DNA from: a virus
IMG/VR virus record: IMGVR_UViG_3300038427_000078
Length of the DNA stretch: 64,000 nucleotides
Direction: 5' to 3' (one strand)
Part shown: positions 29,502 to 38,526 of the stretch, one piece after another
How positions within the stretch are numbered: position 1 is the first letter of the stretch
Layout: every line of letters begins with the position of its first letter
Position numbers and translations under genes: made by a program
Notes under the pieces: generated by a model
The model's input: the letters and a program-made list of their open reading frames with translations, nothing else
Databases searched by the model: none
Told to the model about the DNA's origin: nothing

Positions 29502-30598
29502 TTAGCCCTGCGGCCCGACTGCTTCTCTGCTGACAGTTGGCGAAGCTCGCTCATCCGACCCTTGCCCTCGGCCTCGTCGCCCTTGGCGGCTTTGCTGCGA
29601 GTGCGGCGAGTCTTCGGCTTCTCCTCGGCCTCAGTCTCGTTGGTCGGCTCTGCCTCTGGCTCGCTGTCCTCTGCCTGAGCAGATGCTTTGCGAGAGGCAC
29701 GACGCTCCGCCACGCGGTTGCGTGTGCGGTCGCCTTTGCTTGAGCTTTTCGCCTTCTTTTTCTTGTTGCCGAACTTGTCCAGCGAGTCACCGCGCTCGAC
29801 AATTGTCTCAAGGAGGGCGTCGTAACGATCCTCGTCCAACAGTTCCTCGATCTTCTTGTCAAGCAACACCTGACCGATGAGAGCGGCAGCCTCCTCGTCC
29901 GTGGCCTTCTCGATCTTGTCTTCCAGACCGGGTAGCTCGTCACGAATGTAGCTGACGCCATCGATGTACTCGATGAGGTTGGTGAGGTCTATCGGCTGGT
30001 CGTCATAGCCCTGTAGAGCGTAGGACGTGTGCTTGTCCTTGCCCAACCGGGTGATCTTGACGGCAGCCTCAGTGATAGGTGCCTCGTTCGCGTCGTAGTT
30101 CTCGACGTGGTTGAAGAAGTTGTTCGGGGACTGGACTACGTACCCCACGACCGGAGCCGTGACCTCTTCCTCCTCATCGGTGACCTCGCCCTTGTCGTCA
30201 AGGACTTTGCGTGTGTAGTTGGTGGTCTTGACCTCGAAGCCAGTCGGCTTTTTACGGCCTTTGACTACCTCGACCACCGGCTCAAGCTCGACCGCGATTG
30301 CGAGCGTACGCTTGACTACCGTGGCGTCCCAATCCTCGACAAAAGCATCGCTCTTGTCTCCGAAGAACTGGTCCGTCTTGGCGACTACTTCCTGGTAGTG
30401 CCCGTTCTCATCCTCCAAGAACTGCACCATGTCGAACGAAGGCATCTCGTCTATCTCGTTCAGGAATACGAGGTAGTGCTCTTCTTTGTCGTCCTTCCAG
30501 TAGGTGCTCGGAAGGTACGGCGCGAATGTGCCTCCGCCCTTGGAAGCATCCTGTGCTGCGTGGATGGCCTCGCGGCCTCTGGCGATTTCACCAGGCAT
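29498..30598 (-). CDS. Putative ssDNA-binding protein
   Basis: Position in replication module; 'KITRLGKDKHTSY' gp32-like; charged tail. Confidence 0.5.
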   Translation of the reverse strand: MPGEIARGREAIHAAQDASKGGGTFAPYLPSTYWKDDKEEHYLVFLNEIDEMPSFDMVQFLEDENGHYQEVVAKTDQFFGDKSDAFVEDWDATVVKRTLAIAVELEPVVEVVKGRKKPTGFEVKTTNYTRKVLDDKGEVTDEEEEVTAPVVGYVVQSPNNFFNHVENYDANEAPITEAAVKITRLGKDKHTSYALQGYDDQPIDLTNLIEYIDGVSYIRDELPGLEDKIEKATDEEAAALIGQVLLDKKIEELLDEDRYDALLETIVERGDSLDKFGNKKKKAKSSSKGDRTRNRVAERRASRKASAQAEDSEPEAEPTNETEAEEKPKTRRTRSKAAKGDEAEGKGRMSELRQLSAEKQSGRRAK

Positions 30599-30665
30599 GT
30601 CTATGTCTCCTTCTGGCTGACCCTCTAAGGTCTAGTGCCGTTGTGTTTTCTTGACAACCGCTACA

Positions 30666-30845
30666 TTAGCAGCTAGATGGCTGACCTTGAACCCCTTGCG
30701 GAAGAACTTTCGCTCGCTCGTCATCCGTAAGGTCACGCGCAGAAGTCTTGCCCAAGCCGTGCAGCTTGGACTCGATCTGGTTGTGCTCCTTCGGGGACAG
30801 AACTTGAGCGCCCTCCGCGTCGGCGTACTTGGTGATAGCCATCAT
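30666..30845 (-). CDS. Small hypothetical protein (59 aa, MMAITKYADAEG...)
   Basis: Translated by hand; preceded by the TAATAGATGATG motif. Confidence 0.5.
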   Translation of the reverse strand: MMAITKYADAEGAQVLSPKEHNQIESKLHGLGKTSARDLTDDERAKVLPQGVQGQPSSC

Positions 30846-30877
30846 CTATTACCCGTCGCCCCTGCTATCCTTGAAGG

Positions 30878-31273
30878 GTGGTGCAATACCCACGATCCAC
30901 AAAGCCGAAGCGTTGTGCTCGATGCCGTCGTAAGAAGCCTGCCTCGGCCTTCGACACCTTCCGTAGATCACCGGATGGCCTTCAAAGCTACTGCAAAGTG
31001 TGCGTGAAAGAGTACCGCGAAGCGATCCCGAAAGAGGTCCAGCGCCGCTACTGGCGTCAGAAGAAGTACAACTTGAGCGAGGAGGAATATGACGCCCTGG
31101 TCATTCGGTATCAGGGTCGCTGCCCTATTTGCCAGGAAGCGGCTTCGTTGGTTGTCGATCATGATCACGCCACCGACCTTGTTCGCGGCTTACTTTGCGA
31201 GGCTTGCAACTTTGGCTTGGGATTCTTCAAGGATGATCCGAATAATCTCCGACGCGCTATCGAGTACCTTTAG
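30878..31273 (+). CDS. Endonuclease VII-family homing endonuclease (antisense to the operon)
   Basis: 'YNLSEEEYD...QGRCPIC...VDHDHAT..VRGLLC..CN.GLG...D'. Confidence 0.9.
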   Translation: MVQYPRSTKPKRCARCRRKKPASAFDTFRRSPDGLQSYCKVCVKEYREAIPKEVQRRYWRQKKYNLSEEEYDALVIRYQGRCPICQEAASLVVDHDHATDLVRGLLCEACNFGLGFFKDDPNNLRRAIEYL

Positions 31274-32346
31274 CCCAGGCCCAAAAGATCGGGTGCCTCG
31301 GCCCCTTCTACATACGGCCTTGGATCCTTGCAGTCGCTCAGATCGGAGTGCTCTCCGGGCACGTACGGGCACAGCCAAGCGCTCTTGATGTACTCGCAGA
31401 TTTTCGCGTTCATCTGGTAGCCAACCTTGTCGTTGTCCCCCGCCGCGATGACCTGATCGAAGGCTCGCAACTGCCGTAGCTGCTCGGGCTTGATGCCTCC
31501 GCCGAACGGACTGATGGCCGAGAGGCCGTAGCTCTCAAGCACGATGACGGTCGGCACCGACTCGACCACGATCACCGGCTGCGCCCGCTTGATGGCGTTG
31601 TCGTAGTTGTAGAACGTCGTGTGTTTCGGGAAGTCAGCGGTGTTCGTGTACTTGCCTAGCCACTTCGGAACGATGGTGTGCTTCTCGTCCCACTCCATCC
31701 ACCGATGCTGCCAACCGACCAGCGTTTTCTGCCAGTAGTGAGGGAACACGATGCACGGACCGTAGTAGTCGGGACCAATCTTCTCGGTATCCTTGAGCGG
31801 GGCTGGCTTCTTGTGGTGTGAGGAGTAGCCGATGTCGAATCGGTCCACCGCAGTCAGATCGAGGCCGCGTTCGTCCAGCCACTCAAGCAACATGACCTGG
31901 CCCTCTTCGTCGTCGGGCTTCGAGAACTGGCTCAGGACGTGTGGGGAGAAGTGCGGCATGCGCTCAGCTTTGCGCTCCTGCTCCTTCTCCAACTCCTTGA
32001 CGAACTTCTCCACGAACTCGTTCTTGGTGTAGACGTGATCGCTGGCGAACTGGTACAGCCACTCGGTCGCATCCTCTTCGTCGGATGTGTCCAGGTGAGC
32101 CATCGCCAGCGATAGGAGGGTGCCTCCCTCGCACACGAAGCAGTGGTACACCATCTTCTCACGGTTGATGGCGAACTTGCCGGTCGTGTCGCCGTTGGCA
32201 TGCAGTCCCCAATAGTCCGGGCACTGACCGATGTCCTCGTCCTTGTACGTGCGCAGCACGTCGAAGCCGATAGCTTCCTCGAACGCATCGATGTCGATGT
32301 CGTCACAGAACTGACTGTACTTAGGAATCTTCCTGGTTCTCGCCAC
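31270..32346 (-). CDS. dnaG: DNA primase
   Basis: Zn-finger 'CP...H...YHCFVC'; TOPRIM 'VVES', 'DND..G'. Confidence 0.85.
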   Translation of the reverse strand: MARTRKIPKYSQFCDDIDIDAFEEAIGFDVLRTYKDEDIGQCPDYWGLHANGDTTGKFAINREKMVYHCFVCEGGTLLSLAMAHLDTSDEEDATEWLYQFASDHVYTKNEFVEKFVKELEKEQERKAERMPHFSPHVLSQFSKPDDEEGQVMLLEWLDERGLDLTAVDRFDIGYSSHHKKPAPLKDTEKIGPDYYGPCIVFPHYWQKTLVGWQHRWMEWDEKHTIVPKWLGKYTNTADFPKHTTFYNYDNAIKRAQPVIVVESVPTVIVLESYGLSAISPFGGGIKPEQLRQLRAFDQVIAAGDNDKVGYQMNAKICEYIKSAWLCPYVPGEHSDLSDCKDPRPYVEGAEAPDLLGLG

Positions 32347-32551
32347 GACGTTTACGCCTCCATCGTTCCAGGTCGGCCAACTGTTCCGGGCCGAGTTCGT
32401 ATTTCAGGAAGTCGAGGCATGGCTCATGGAACCCTCGTCGTAGAGAGTGCGCTCCATTCGCCACAATCATGTTCTGCGTGGGAGGATTGCCGCAAGGACA
32501 CGGAGCGATGTAGTCCGGGTCCGCTAGCCAGGGTGGAATCTGTGTACTCAT
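32321..32551 (-). CDS. Hypothetical protein
   Basis: Coupled between helicase and primase; CPC..HxxC. Confidence 0.55.
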   Translation of the reverse strand: MSTQIPPWLADPDYIAPCPCGNPPTQNMIVANGAHSLRRGFHEPCLDFLKYELGPEQLADLERWRRKRRGENQEDS

Positions 32552-33783
32552 TCGTCCTCATCTATTACCTTCTCGATTTCGAGAGAGCACTGCTTAGAAA
32601 GATCGATGTTGACCTCCCATGAGCGGTAGTCGTGGTTGCGGGCGGCGAGAGTACCTAGTTCACACACTCGGGATTTACGCATCTCTTTGCTGGCCCACAG
32701 TCCGAGGACGAGTGTGGCTGTCTCCTCAATGGCAGCAGATCCCTTGGCCTGATGCACGGACGGCATGGCCTCGGCGTTCATCACACTGCGGTTGAACTGA
32801 TGAGCGAAGCAGATCGGAATCTCGTCGCTAAGGTTGCGGGCCTCGTCCAGCACGTCGAAGTATTGCCCTGTCTCGTTCCATGAGCCGAGGGACTTACCCT
32901 TTATCTCCACGTACTGTAGCTGGTCGATGAGCACACAGTCTGCCCCGGCGTCTTTGGCACAGCCCACCAGCGAGGCGAGGTCGCGTTCGCCACGCGGAGG
33001 CTTGAGGGTACGGTAGGCACCCTGGCCGTCGAGCAGATCGGAGGCTTCGTGGATGAGCTTCCACTCATCCTTGCTGATGCAGTCGTTGATGTACTTGTGC
33101 CACGGCACACCGCTCACCATGCACCGCAGGCGCATGTCCGTTTCCTCAGCCGGAAGCTCAAGCGAGTAGAGGAACGGGTAGATGCCCTTGACGACGTTGC
33201 TGATAGTGGCGTTGACCATGAACCAGGACTTCCAGGTCTTCGGCGGGCCGAGGAAGATCGTCACACCCCGCTGGCCTGCGAAGTAGTCGTCCACCTGCTC
33301 GAAACCGAGGCTCGGACCTTTGCCTTTCTGAGTCTTCTTGTAGTACAGATCCTTGGCCCGGTCGTAGTCGCCGGTGCCGAATACTTCGCCCGTCCGATTG
33401 AGGAGAGCCTGTAGCTGCTTGCCGTGCTGATCGAGGAGTTTGCCGAGGGCGGTCGGCTGTGCCTTGTAGCCCTCCGCGATGGCCTTGAGCGCCTTGCGGC
33501 CCTCTGTCTCCGCGTAGTTCATGCGCAGTCGTTCGATCAGGTCGCCCGGTGCAGTGACCGGCTCGAAGAACTCGATGTCGAACTCGTCGGTCAGTACCTC
33601 CTGCGTCGGCGGCTGGCCGTACTCTCGCGTGTGGTTGTCTGCCCACACGTACGCCTCGCGGACGCCCTCGTCCTCGATCAACTGCGACTGCATGCCCTCT
33701 CCACGGAACACCAGCCATGACTCAGGCAGGGGCAGGTGGTTCAGAACCTCCCCGTCCAGGTCCAGGTTGACTAGCTCAGTCAT
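32548..33783 (-). CDS. dnaB: DnaB-like replicative helicase
   Basis: 'GPPKTWKS', 'SLEL', 'IDQLQY', 'HQFNR'. Confidence 0.85.
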   Translation of the reverse strand: MTELVNLDLDGEVLNHLPLPESWLVFRGEGMQSQLIEDEGVREAYVWADNHTREYGQPPTQEVLTDEFDIEFFEPVTAPGDLIERLRMNYAETEGRKALKAIAEGYKAQPTALGKLLDQHGKQLQALLNRTGEVFGTGDYDRAKDLYYKKTQKGKGPSLGFEQVDDYFAGQRGVTIFLGPPKTWKSWFMVNATISNVVKGIYPFLYSLELPAEETDMRLRCMVSGVPWHKYINDCISKDEWKLIHEASDLLDGQGAYRTLKPPRGERDLASLVGCAKDAGADCVLIDQLQYVEIKGKSLGSWNETGQYFDVLDEARNLSDEIPICFAHQFNRSVMNAEAMPSVHQAKGSAAIEETATLVLGLWASKEMRKSRVCELGTLAARNHDYRSWEVNIDLSKQCSLEIEKVIDEDE

Positions 33784-34228
33784 CGTTGCTTGAGTCTAGC
33801 AGGGCTAGGCCGTAGCGGTCGTACTCGATCCCGCCGATGCGGTCCCGCTTCTGGATGCCAGGGATCTGCTTCGAGCGAGTGTCGTCTACCTCGCTGTGCG
33901 GCTGCATGCCCCAATCTTCAAGGAGTTCCTTGACCTTGTAGTAGTGGTTGTCGGGAGCAAGCATCACCCACAGCGCGCGTTGGTAGTCGCGCAGGTAGTT
34001 GAGCGCAGACTGCAAGTCTTGCAGGACTTTCTTTCCGTCCGGGCTGGCGTAGCGGGCTTTGCCCTCCACGTCGGCTTTGTCGTACAGGTTCTCGAATGAC
34101 TTGACCCGTATTTCGGACAGGTGTAGGTCGCTCCGCAGCGCGCTGACGCGGTGCTGTTCGCGTTCCATGTCCGTCTTGTAGGTACCTAGTGGGACTAGGT
34201 GGAGTTTGATGAGAATGCGTTCTAGCAT
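33776..34228 (-). CDS. Hypothetical protein
   Basis: GGAGG RBS before MLERILIK. Confidence 0.55.
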   Translation of the reverse strand: MLERILIKLHLVPLGTYKTDMEREQHRVSALRSDLHLSEIRVKSFENLYDKADVEGKARYASPDGKKVLQDLQSALNYLRDYQRALWVMLAPDNHYYKVKELLEDWGMQPHSEVDDTRSKQIPGIQKRDRIGGIEYDRYGLALLDSSNDD

Positions 34229-34884
34229 ATCGCCTCCAACGGGATTGCATGAATATTGGGAGAACCACAGTCTTGACAGACCCATACCTGTCCCTCTCCA
34301 TGATCCTTACTTCGTAGCTGCAAGTTCTCGATACGATTGTCGTCCCGCATACCATTGACGTGATGAACTGTCTCATCCTTTCTCAATGGGCGTCCGAGAT
34401 GCTTTGCCATGAGCAGACGATGCTCCATGACGTAAAGGCTTTTCCAATCCTCGGGCAACCAAGAGCGCATCTCATCCGTTACACGAAGCTGTATGTATCC
34501 TTCGCTAGTAATTGATCGACCACCCGTCCATCGATGGTTGTTAGGCCCACGTCTATAACGAAGATCAGACGGATCATATCCTTCTGCACGGAGGATACAG
34601 TCGATAGCACCGGGATAGGTATCATATTCGCGGGCGATGCGACTCTTGGCAAATCCTGCTTTCCAATTCCAAACAATTCCCTTGATATCATCTGTCGTCC
34701 ACTCCTTTCTTGCAGACGGACGAGGAGCGTTTTGTCCACGTACGTCTATCCCGGCTGCCTCTAAAGCACGATAAAGTGTACCATCGGCGCACCCAAAACG
34801 GGCGCATATCTCCATGGTACCTACGCCCTGATGATATAGCTCCGCCATTGTCGCCTTTTCTTGTGGGGAATATCTTGGCATCAT
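34222..34884 (-). CDS. HNH homing endonuclease with N-terminal HTH
   Basis: 'MEHRLLMAKHLGRPL..DETVHHVNGMRDDNRIENL'. Confidence 0.9.
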   Translation of the reverse strand: MMPRYSPQEKATMAELYHQGVGTMEICARFGCADGTLYRALEAAGIDVRGQNAPRPSARKEWTTDDIKGIVWNWKAGFAKSRIAREYDTYPGAIDCILRAEGYDPSDLRYRRGPNNHRWTGGRSITSEGYIQLRVTDEMRSWLPEDWKSLYVMEHRLLMAKHLGRPLRKDETVHHVNGMRDDNRIENLQLRSKDHGEGQVWVCQDCGSPNIHAIPLEAIC

Positions 34885-34916
34885 CTATTATGTGGAAGTA
34901 ATCAAGAACCTTGTAG

Positions 34917-35771
34917 CTACGTGATCGGTCTGACTTCTCCGTTCTGTAGTAGTTCGAAGTCGATGTCCCACACGCTCTCACGACGAACGTCTGAGCCGTT
35001 TACAGTGATCGGCTGTGAGTTCGATGACAGCAGGGAGTACGCCCTCGGGAAGAGCCGGTCGAGTACGTCCGGTTCCATGTTGGTTGTGTAGATGGTGACC
35101 TTGTTGAAGTTGGTACGGTGGCGGATCAGATCCTCGAAGCGCGAAGCGAAGAAGTTCTTTTGTGGATCGCTCACTGGCTCCGTGACCTCATCGAGTACGA
35201 GCACGGTGCGTGACTTGAGCCAGTCCTCGCGCTCAAGCTGTTGCTCGTTCGGCAGGCGGTAGATGTTGAGCACGTCGTTGAAGTTGGAGAACCCGACCGT
35301 CGCACCACGGCGGATCAGCGCCCGCCCGATGAATGTGGCGAGGAAGGTCTTACCTACGCCGAGGGTCTTGGCGTGAAAGCCCAAGCCCATACCGAAGTCC
35401 CGGCAGCGCTCCCACCCGTCGAGGTAGCCATGTACCTCAGCGAGCGCCTTCTGATCGCCCACCCAATCGAACTCGCTGTAGCGCATGTATTTGTACGGGA
35501 TACCTGCGGCCATGTAGTGACGCAGGAGAGTGCTCTGTTCCTCGCAGTCGCAGTCGCAGACTTCACCATTGTAGGTGTACTCTCCGGTGATCGAGCCTAG
35601 CTCAATCTCTGACAGATCGTTCTTGCAGGTGGGGCAGCGGTTAGGATCCAGTCCGCATTCGCGGATCAGAGCCTCAACTTGGATCAGTTGGCTGTCCGTT
35701 AGCCACGGCAGACGCTTCGGCCTCCCGCTCGGAGAGGAACTGTTCGTATTCGGTTGCGATGTTGAAGGCAT
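34917..35771 (-). CDS. DnaC/IstB-like helicase loader ATPase
   Basis: CxxC...CDC, 'GVGKT', 'LVLDEV', 'TTN'. Confidence 0.8.
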   Translation of the reverse strand: MPSTSQPNTNSSSPSGRPKRLPWLTDSQLIQVEALIRECGLDPNRCPTCKNDLSEIELGSITGEYTYNGEVCDCDCEEQSTLLRHYMAAGIPYKYMRYSEFDWVGDQKALAEVHGYLDGWERCRDFGMGLGFHAKTLGVGKTFLATFIGRALIRRGATVGFSNFNDVLNIYRLPNEQQLEREDWLKSRTVLVLDEVTEPVSDPQKNFFASRFEDLIRHRTNFNKVTIYTTNMEPDVLDRLFPRAYSLLSSNSQPITVNGSDVRRESVWDIDFELLQNGEVRPIT

Positions 35772-36324
35772 ACTCTACTTTCTTGGCTCGGTTGCCATCG
35801 ACTGTGACGTACGGACGCTGTAGCGAGAGTATAGCCTCCGGGATCATTTTGTCAAGAGCAATCTCGTAGCTCTTGCCTAGCTTCTCCTTCTGCCTCTCGC
35901 TCAATGGGAGGTAGAGCAGCAACTCTTGCGGGTCAGTGACGGATGCGACGATCACACCGAGTCCCATCGACGCTCCCTCGCCTATGGTTTTCAGGGTTTC
36001 CTGAACGTCCTGATCCTCCTTGTTCCAGAAGATGTCACGGTTCACACGCAGCCCGTTGTAGACGAGCGATTCGATGGTTGACCCGGCGACGATGAGGTTG
36101 TCAGTCTTCTTCGCAGCCGCCACCTTTTCGGCGGTCATCCTGATCGCTGCGGCCTGTAGGTTCATGCCGTAGTTGGCGATGACCCCGTAGTCCTCGTTCG
36201 TTTCCTTGCTGAGCTTGTTGATGTACCCGTCCACGACGGCTGTCGTGCCGGGGAGTTTCTTGGCGAGCGCTTTCGCCAGGGCGGTCTTGCCTGCGCCTGG
36301 TGCGCCGAGTAGGACGAGCCTCAT
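35674..36324 (-). CDS. P-loop kinase/AAA protein
   Basis: 'LVLLGAPGAGKT'. Confidence 0.7.
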   Translation of the reverse strand: MRLVLLGAPGAGKTALAKALAKKLPGTTAVVDGYINKLSKETNEDYGVIANYGMNLQAAAIRMTAEKVAAAKKTDNLIVAGSTIESLVYNGLRVNRDIFWNKEDQDVQETLKTIGEGASMGLGVIVASVTDPQELLLYLPLSERQKEKLGKSYEIALDKMIPEAILSLQRPYVTVDGNRAKKVEYAFNIATEYEQFLSEREAEASAVANGQPTDPS

Positions 36325-36497
36325 GGTAGCGTCCACGCTCCGTTCTCGTCTACGTAGCCGAGGATGCGTAGCGCCTCGACCGATTCCTTCTCCAAGTTGC
36401 TGACGCGCTCTCCGTGTACTTGGTGGCGTACGACCTGAGCCTGTACCCACCTGACCAGGAGGTTCGCCAACTCGTTGACTTGATCCTCTGGCATCAT
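36321..36497 (-). CDS. Small hypothetical protein (58 aa)
   Basis: Translated by hand; ATGA coupling on both sides. Confidence 0.5.
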   Translation of the reverse strand: MMPEDQVNELANLLVRWVQAQVVRHQVHGERVSNLEKESVEALRILGYVDENGAWTLP

Positions 36498-36787
36498 CGT
36501 TTCACTTTCCGGTTGTTGGATCCTTCTATCTCTTCAAGTAGTGTCATGGTAGCACAAACAAGATGGTATCGCGAGGCACTGATGCGTCCGTGATTACGCG
36601 CAGCCCCAGCAATTCGTCGCACCCCGTCCGTCGTGGTCTGTCGATCAAGACTTCCAGGCACGCGACCGAAGCTGACGATACCCTTCTCGTCCCACTGCCG
36701 AAGAGTGACAGGACTCTTGCCAAGAAGCTGTCCGACGACACTGACGCTAAACGTAAAACGCCAATTCTCTCGGGTCGTAGTCCGCAT
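36494..36787 (-). CDS. MerR-like HTH protein
   Basis: 'FSVSVVGQLLGKSPVTLRQWDEKG'. Confidence 0.65.
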   Translation of the reverse strand: MRTTTRENWRFTFSVSVVGQLLGKSPVTLRQWDEKGIVSFGRVPGSLDRQTTTDGVRRIAGAARNHGRISASRYHLVCATMTLLEEIEGSNNRKVKR

Positions 36788-36799
36788 CTATCCATTCTA

Positions 36800-36994
36800 T
36801 CAGGGTTCGACCTTGAAGTAGCCGTCCTTGCAGAGTGTGTCTTGTTTTTCACCTGGGTATCCTTGGTAGTGGACTTGTACTTCCTGCACGCCACCATGAT
36901 GTTCGCAGACGAAGCTCGGCGGACGGATCTGTCCAGCGCCACAGCCTGCAAGCATTACCAGGCAGATCACGCCTATGATTGCGAGCCACTTCAT
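36800..36994 (-). CDS. Small lipoprotein
   Basis: Signal peptide with lipobox 'MKWLAIIGVICLVMLAGC'. Confidence 0.65.
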   Translation of the reverse strand: MKWLAIIGVICLVMLAGCGAGQIRPPSFVCEHHGGVQEVQVHYQGYPGEKQDTLCKDGYFKVEP

Positions 36995-37281
36995 CGTCCG
37001 TCTAGTTCCAGACGCTCGCGTACGTATTCGGATAGCTCTTCCTCGGGCAGCGAGGCCAACCATTCATCATTGATCCGGTGAGCAAGGCGGGTACGCATGC
37101 GGCGGATGCTGATGATGTCCTCCTCGTAGATGTGGTAGCCCTCGCGCAGCTTGTGCATCAGGTGGACCAGCCCGGTCGCCCGAATCAACAAAGCGGCTTC
37201 GGTCTGTTCCTCCACGTCCTCAAGGTCGTGGTGACGAGGCGCGACCACGATGTAGCTCTTGGGTGTGCCTGTGACTCTCAT
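36991..37281 (-). CDS. Hypothetical protein
   Basis: Coupled ORF. Confidence 0.5.
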   Translation of the reverse strand: MRVTGTPKSYIVVAPRHHDLEDVEEQTEAALLIRATGLVHLMHKLREGYHIYEEDIISIRRMRTRLAHRINDEWLASLPEEELSEYVRERLELDGR

Positions 37282-37949
37282 TCAAGCTCCTCCGGTTTGG
37301 GTTTACGTGGAGACTCTAGCCGGTAGCTGAGCTTGCCCGGTAGGATGTACTCCTGCACCTTCTGATAGTCCTCCTCACGCAAGTCCTCGAAGGGGCGGAG
37401 CAAGCGGACGAACTCGTCGCGGTTGTCTGTGCAGAATTTCCTCACCTGATACGCGATGCCCTCGCCACCAATCTCCTTGGCGAGTCTCCATAGAAGCTGT
37501 TCCTCGGGCGAGGTAGTGATGCGCAGCCAGAGAAGCGGGTCATCCTCCTTGAGCGAGGCGTCGTCAAGGTAGGGTGAACCCTGGACCACGTTGCGCTGGA
37601 AGATGGTCTTGCGATCCTTGCTGATGTAGGTGTACTTCATCCACGCAGGATCCTCTTCGACAAGAACCTGGAAGGGTTCGTCCTCAATCTTGACGATCTT
37701 CCATTCCGGGTGGAAGCGATGGACGTAGGTTTCAACCTCTTCGTTCGTGGCGATGATACCCATGCCCGGAGCTTCGGTCGGGATCATGATCGTCCTGGTG
37801 GCTCGGGACTGGACTTCTAGTCGCTCGGTAGCCGCCGCGAAGAACTCGATGCGTGCGTCCTCTAGCTCTTTGGCCTCTTCCTTCTGCCCGGAGTGGTGCT
37901 TCTTCACCGCTTTGGTGACCTTCTCGATGTCGAAGTCGAACTCAGTCAA
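37278..37949 (-). CDS. Hypothetical protein
   Basis: Phage codon usage from TTG (LTEFDFD). Confidence 0.55.
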   Translation of the reverse strand: MTEFDFDIEKVTKAVKKHHSGQKEEAKELEDARIEFFAAATERLEVQSRATRTIMIPTEAPGMGIIATNEEVETYVHRFHPEWKIVKIEDEPFQVLVEEDPAWMKYTYISKDRKTIFQRNVVQGSPYLDDASLKEDDPLLWLRITTSPEEQLLWRLAKEIGGEGIAYQVRKFCTDNRDEFVRLLRPFEDLREEDYQKVQEYILPGKLSYRLESPRKPKPEELE

Positions 37950-38259
37950 CGTACTCTGTCTCCTTGATTGTCTCGTCCCCACACCGAGGACAGATGTGAT
38001 GCTCAGCCTGGTCCGGGGTCTGTTGCTCCGGTCCATCAAGCTGATGCCATCGGCAGAGTATATCAAACGCCTGTTGCTGGTGTTTGCAGTGGCCTCGGAA
38101 GAGGAACGACTCGCACTCGCAGATCAACTCGTCCACGGTGTCATCAGGCCAGGCTACTTTGACGCGGTAGACGACACCGGGTTTGGACCCGGAGGGAATG
38201 TCGATTTCGAACCACGGCTCAGCGCTGACGCAGTGTTGAACCTGCACCAAATCACTCAT
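37942..38259 (-). CDS. SWIM zinc-finger protein
   Basis: 'CEC......GHCKH' plus 'CPRCG'. Confidence 0.75.
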   Translation of the reverse strand: MSDLVQVQHCVSAEPWFEIDIPSGSKPGVVYRVKVAWPDDTVDELICECESFLFRGHCKHQQQAFDILCRWHQLDGPEQQTPDQAEHHICPRCGDETIKETEYVD

Positions 38260-38526
38260 GACTCCGCACTATAGCAGGGTCGCTTGCCACTCCAATCCTC
38301 GGTTACACGCCCGCGATGTGCGCAAGTCTTAGTCTCTTGTCTTCTCTTCCAGCAAAAGGGCAAGTTTAGTCCCAAGTATACACTGTGTTTTCTCTAGGTT
38401 CTCCAAGGGGTTCTGGAAGTTTGGTGTCAGTACCTATACCAATCTTGCCCTCATGCGCCATGCTAGCACACGCGCGAGGATCCTTCAACCCCTCGGACCC
38501 AGCAAGGTCGTTGGGCACTCTCTGCT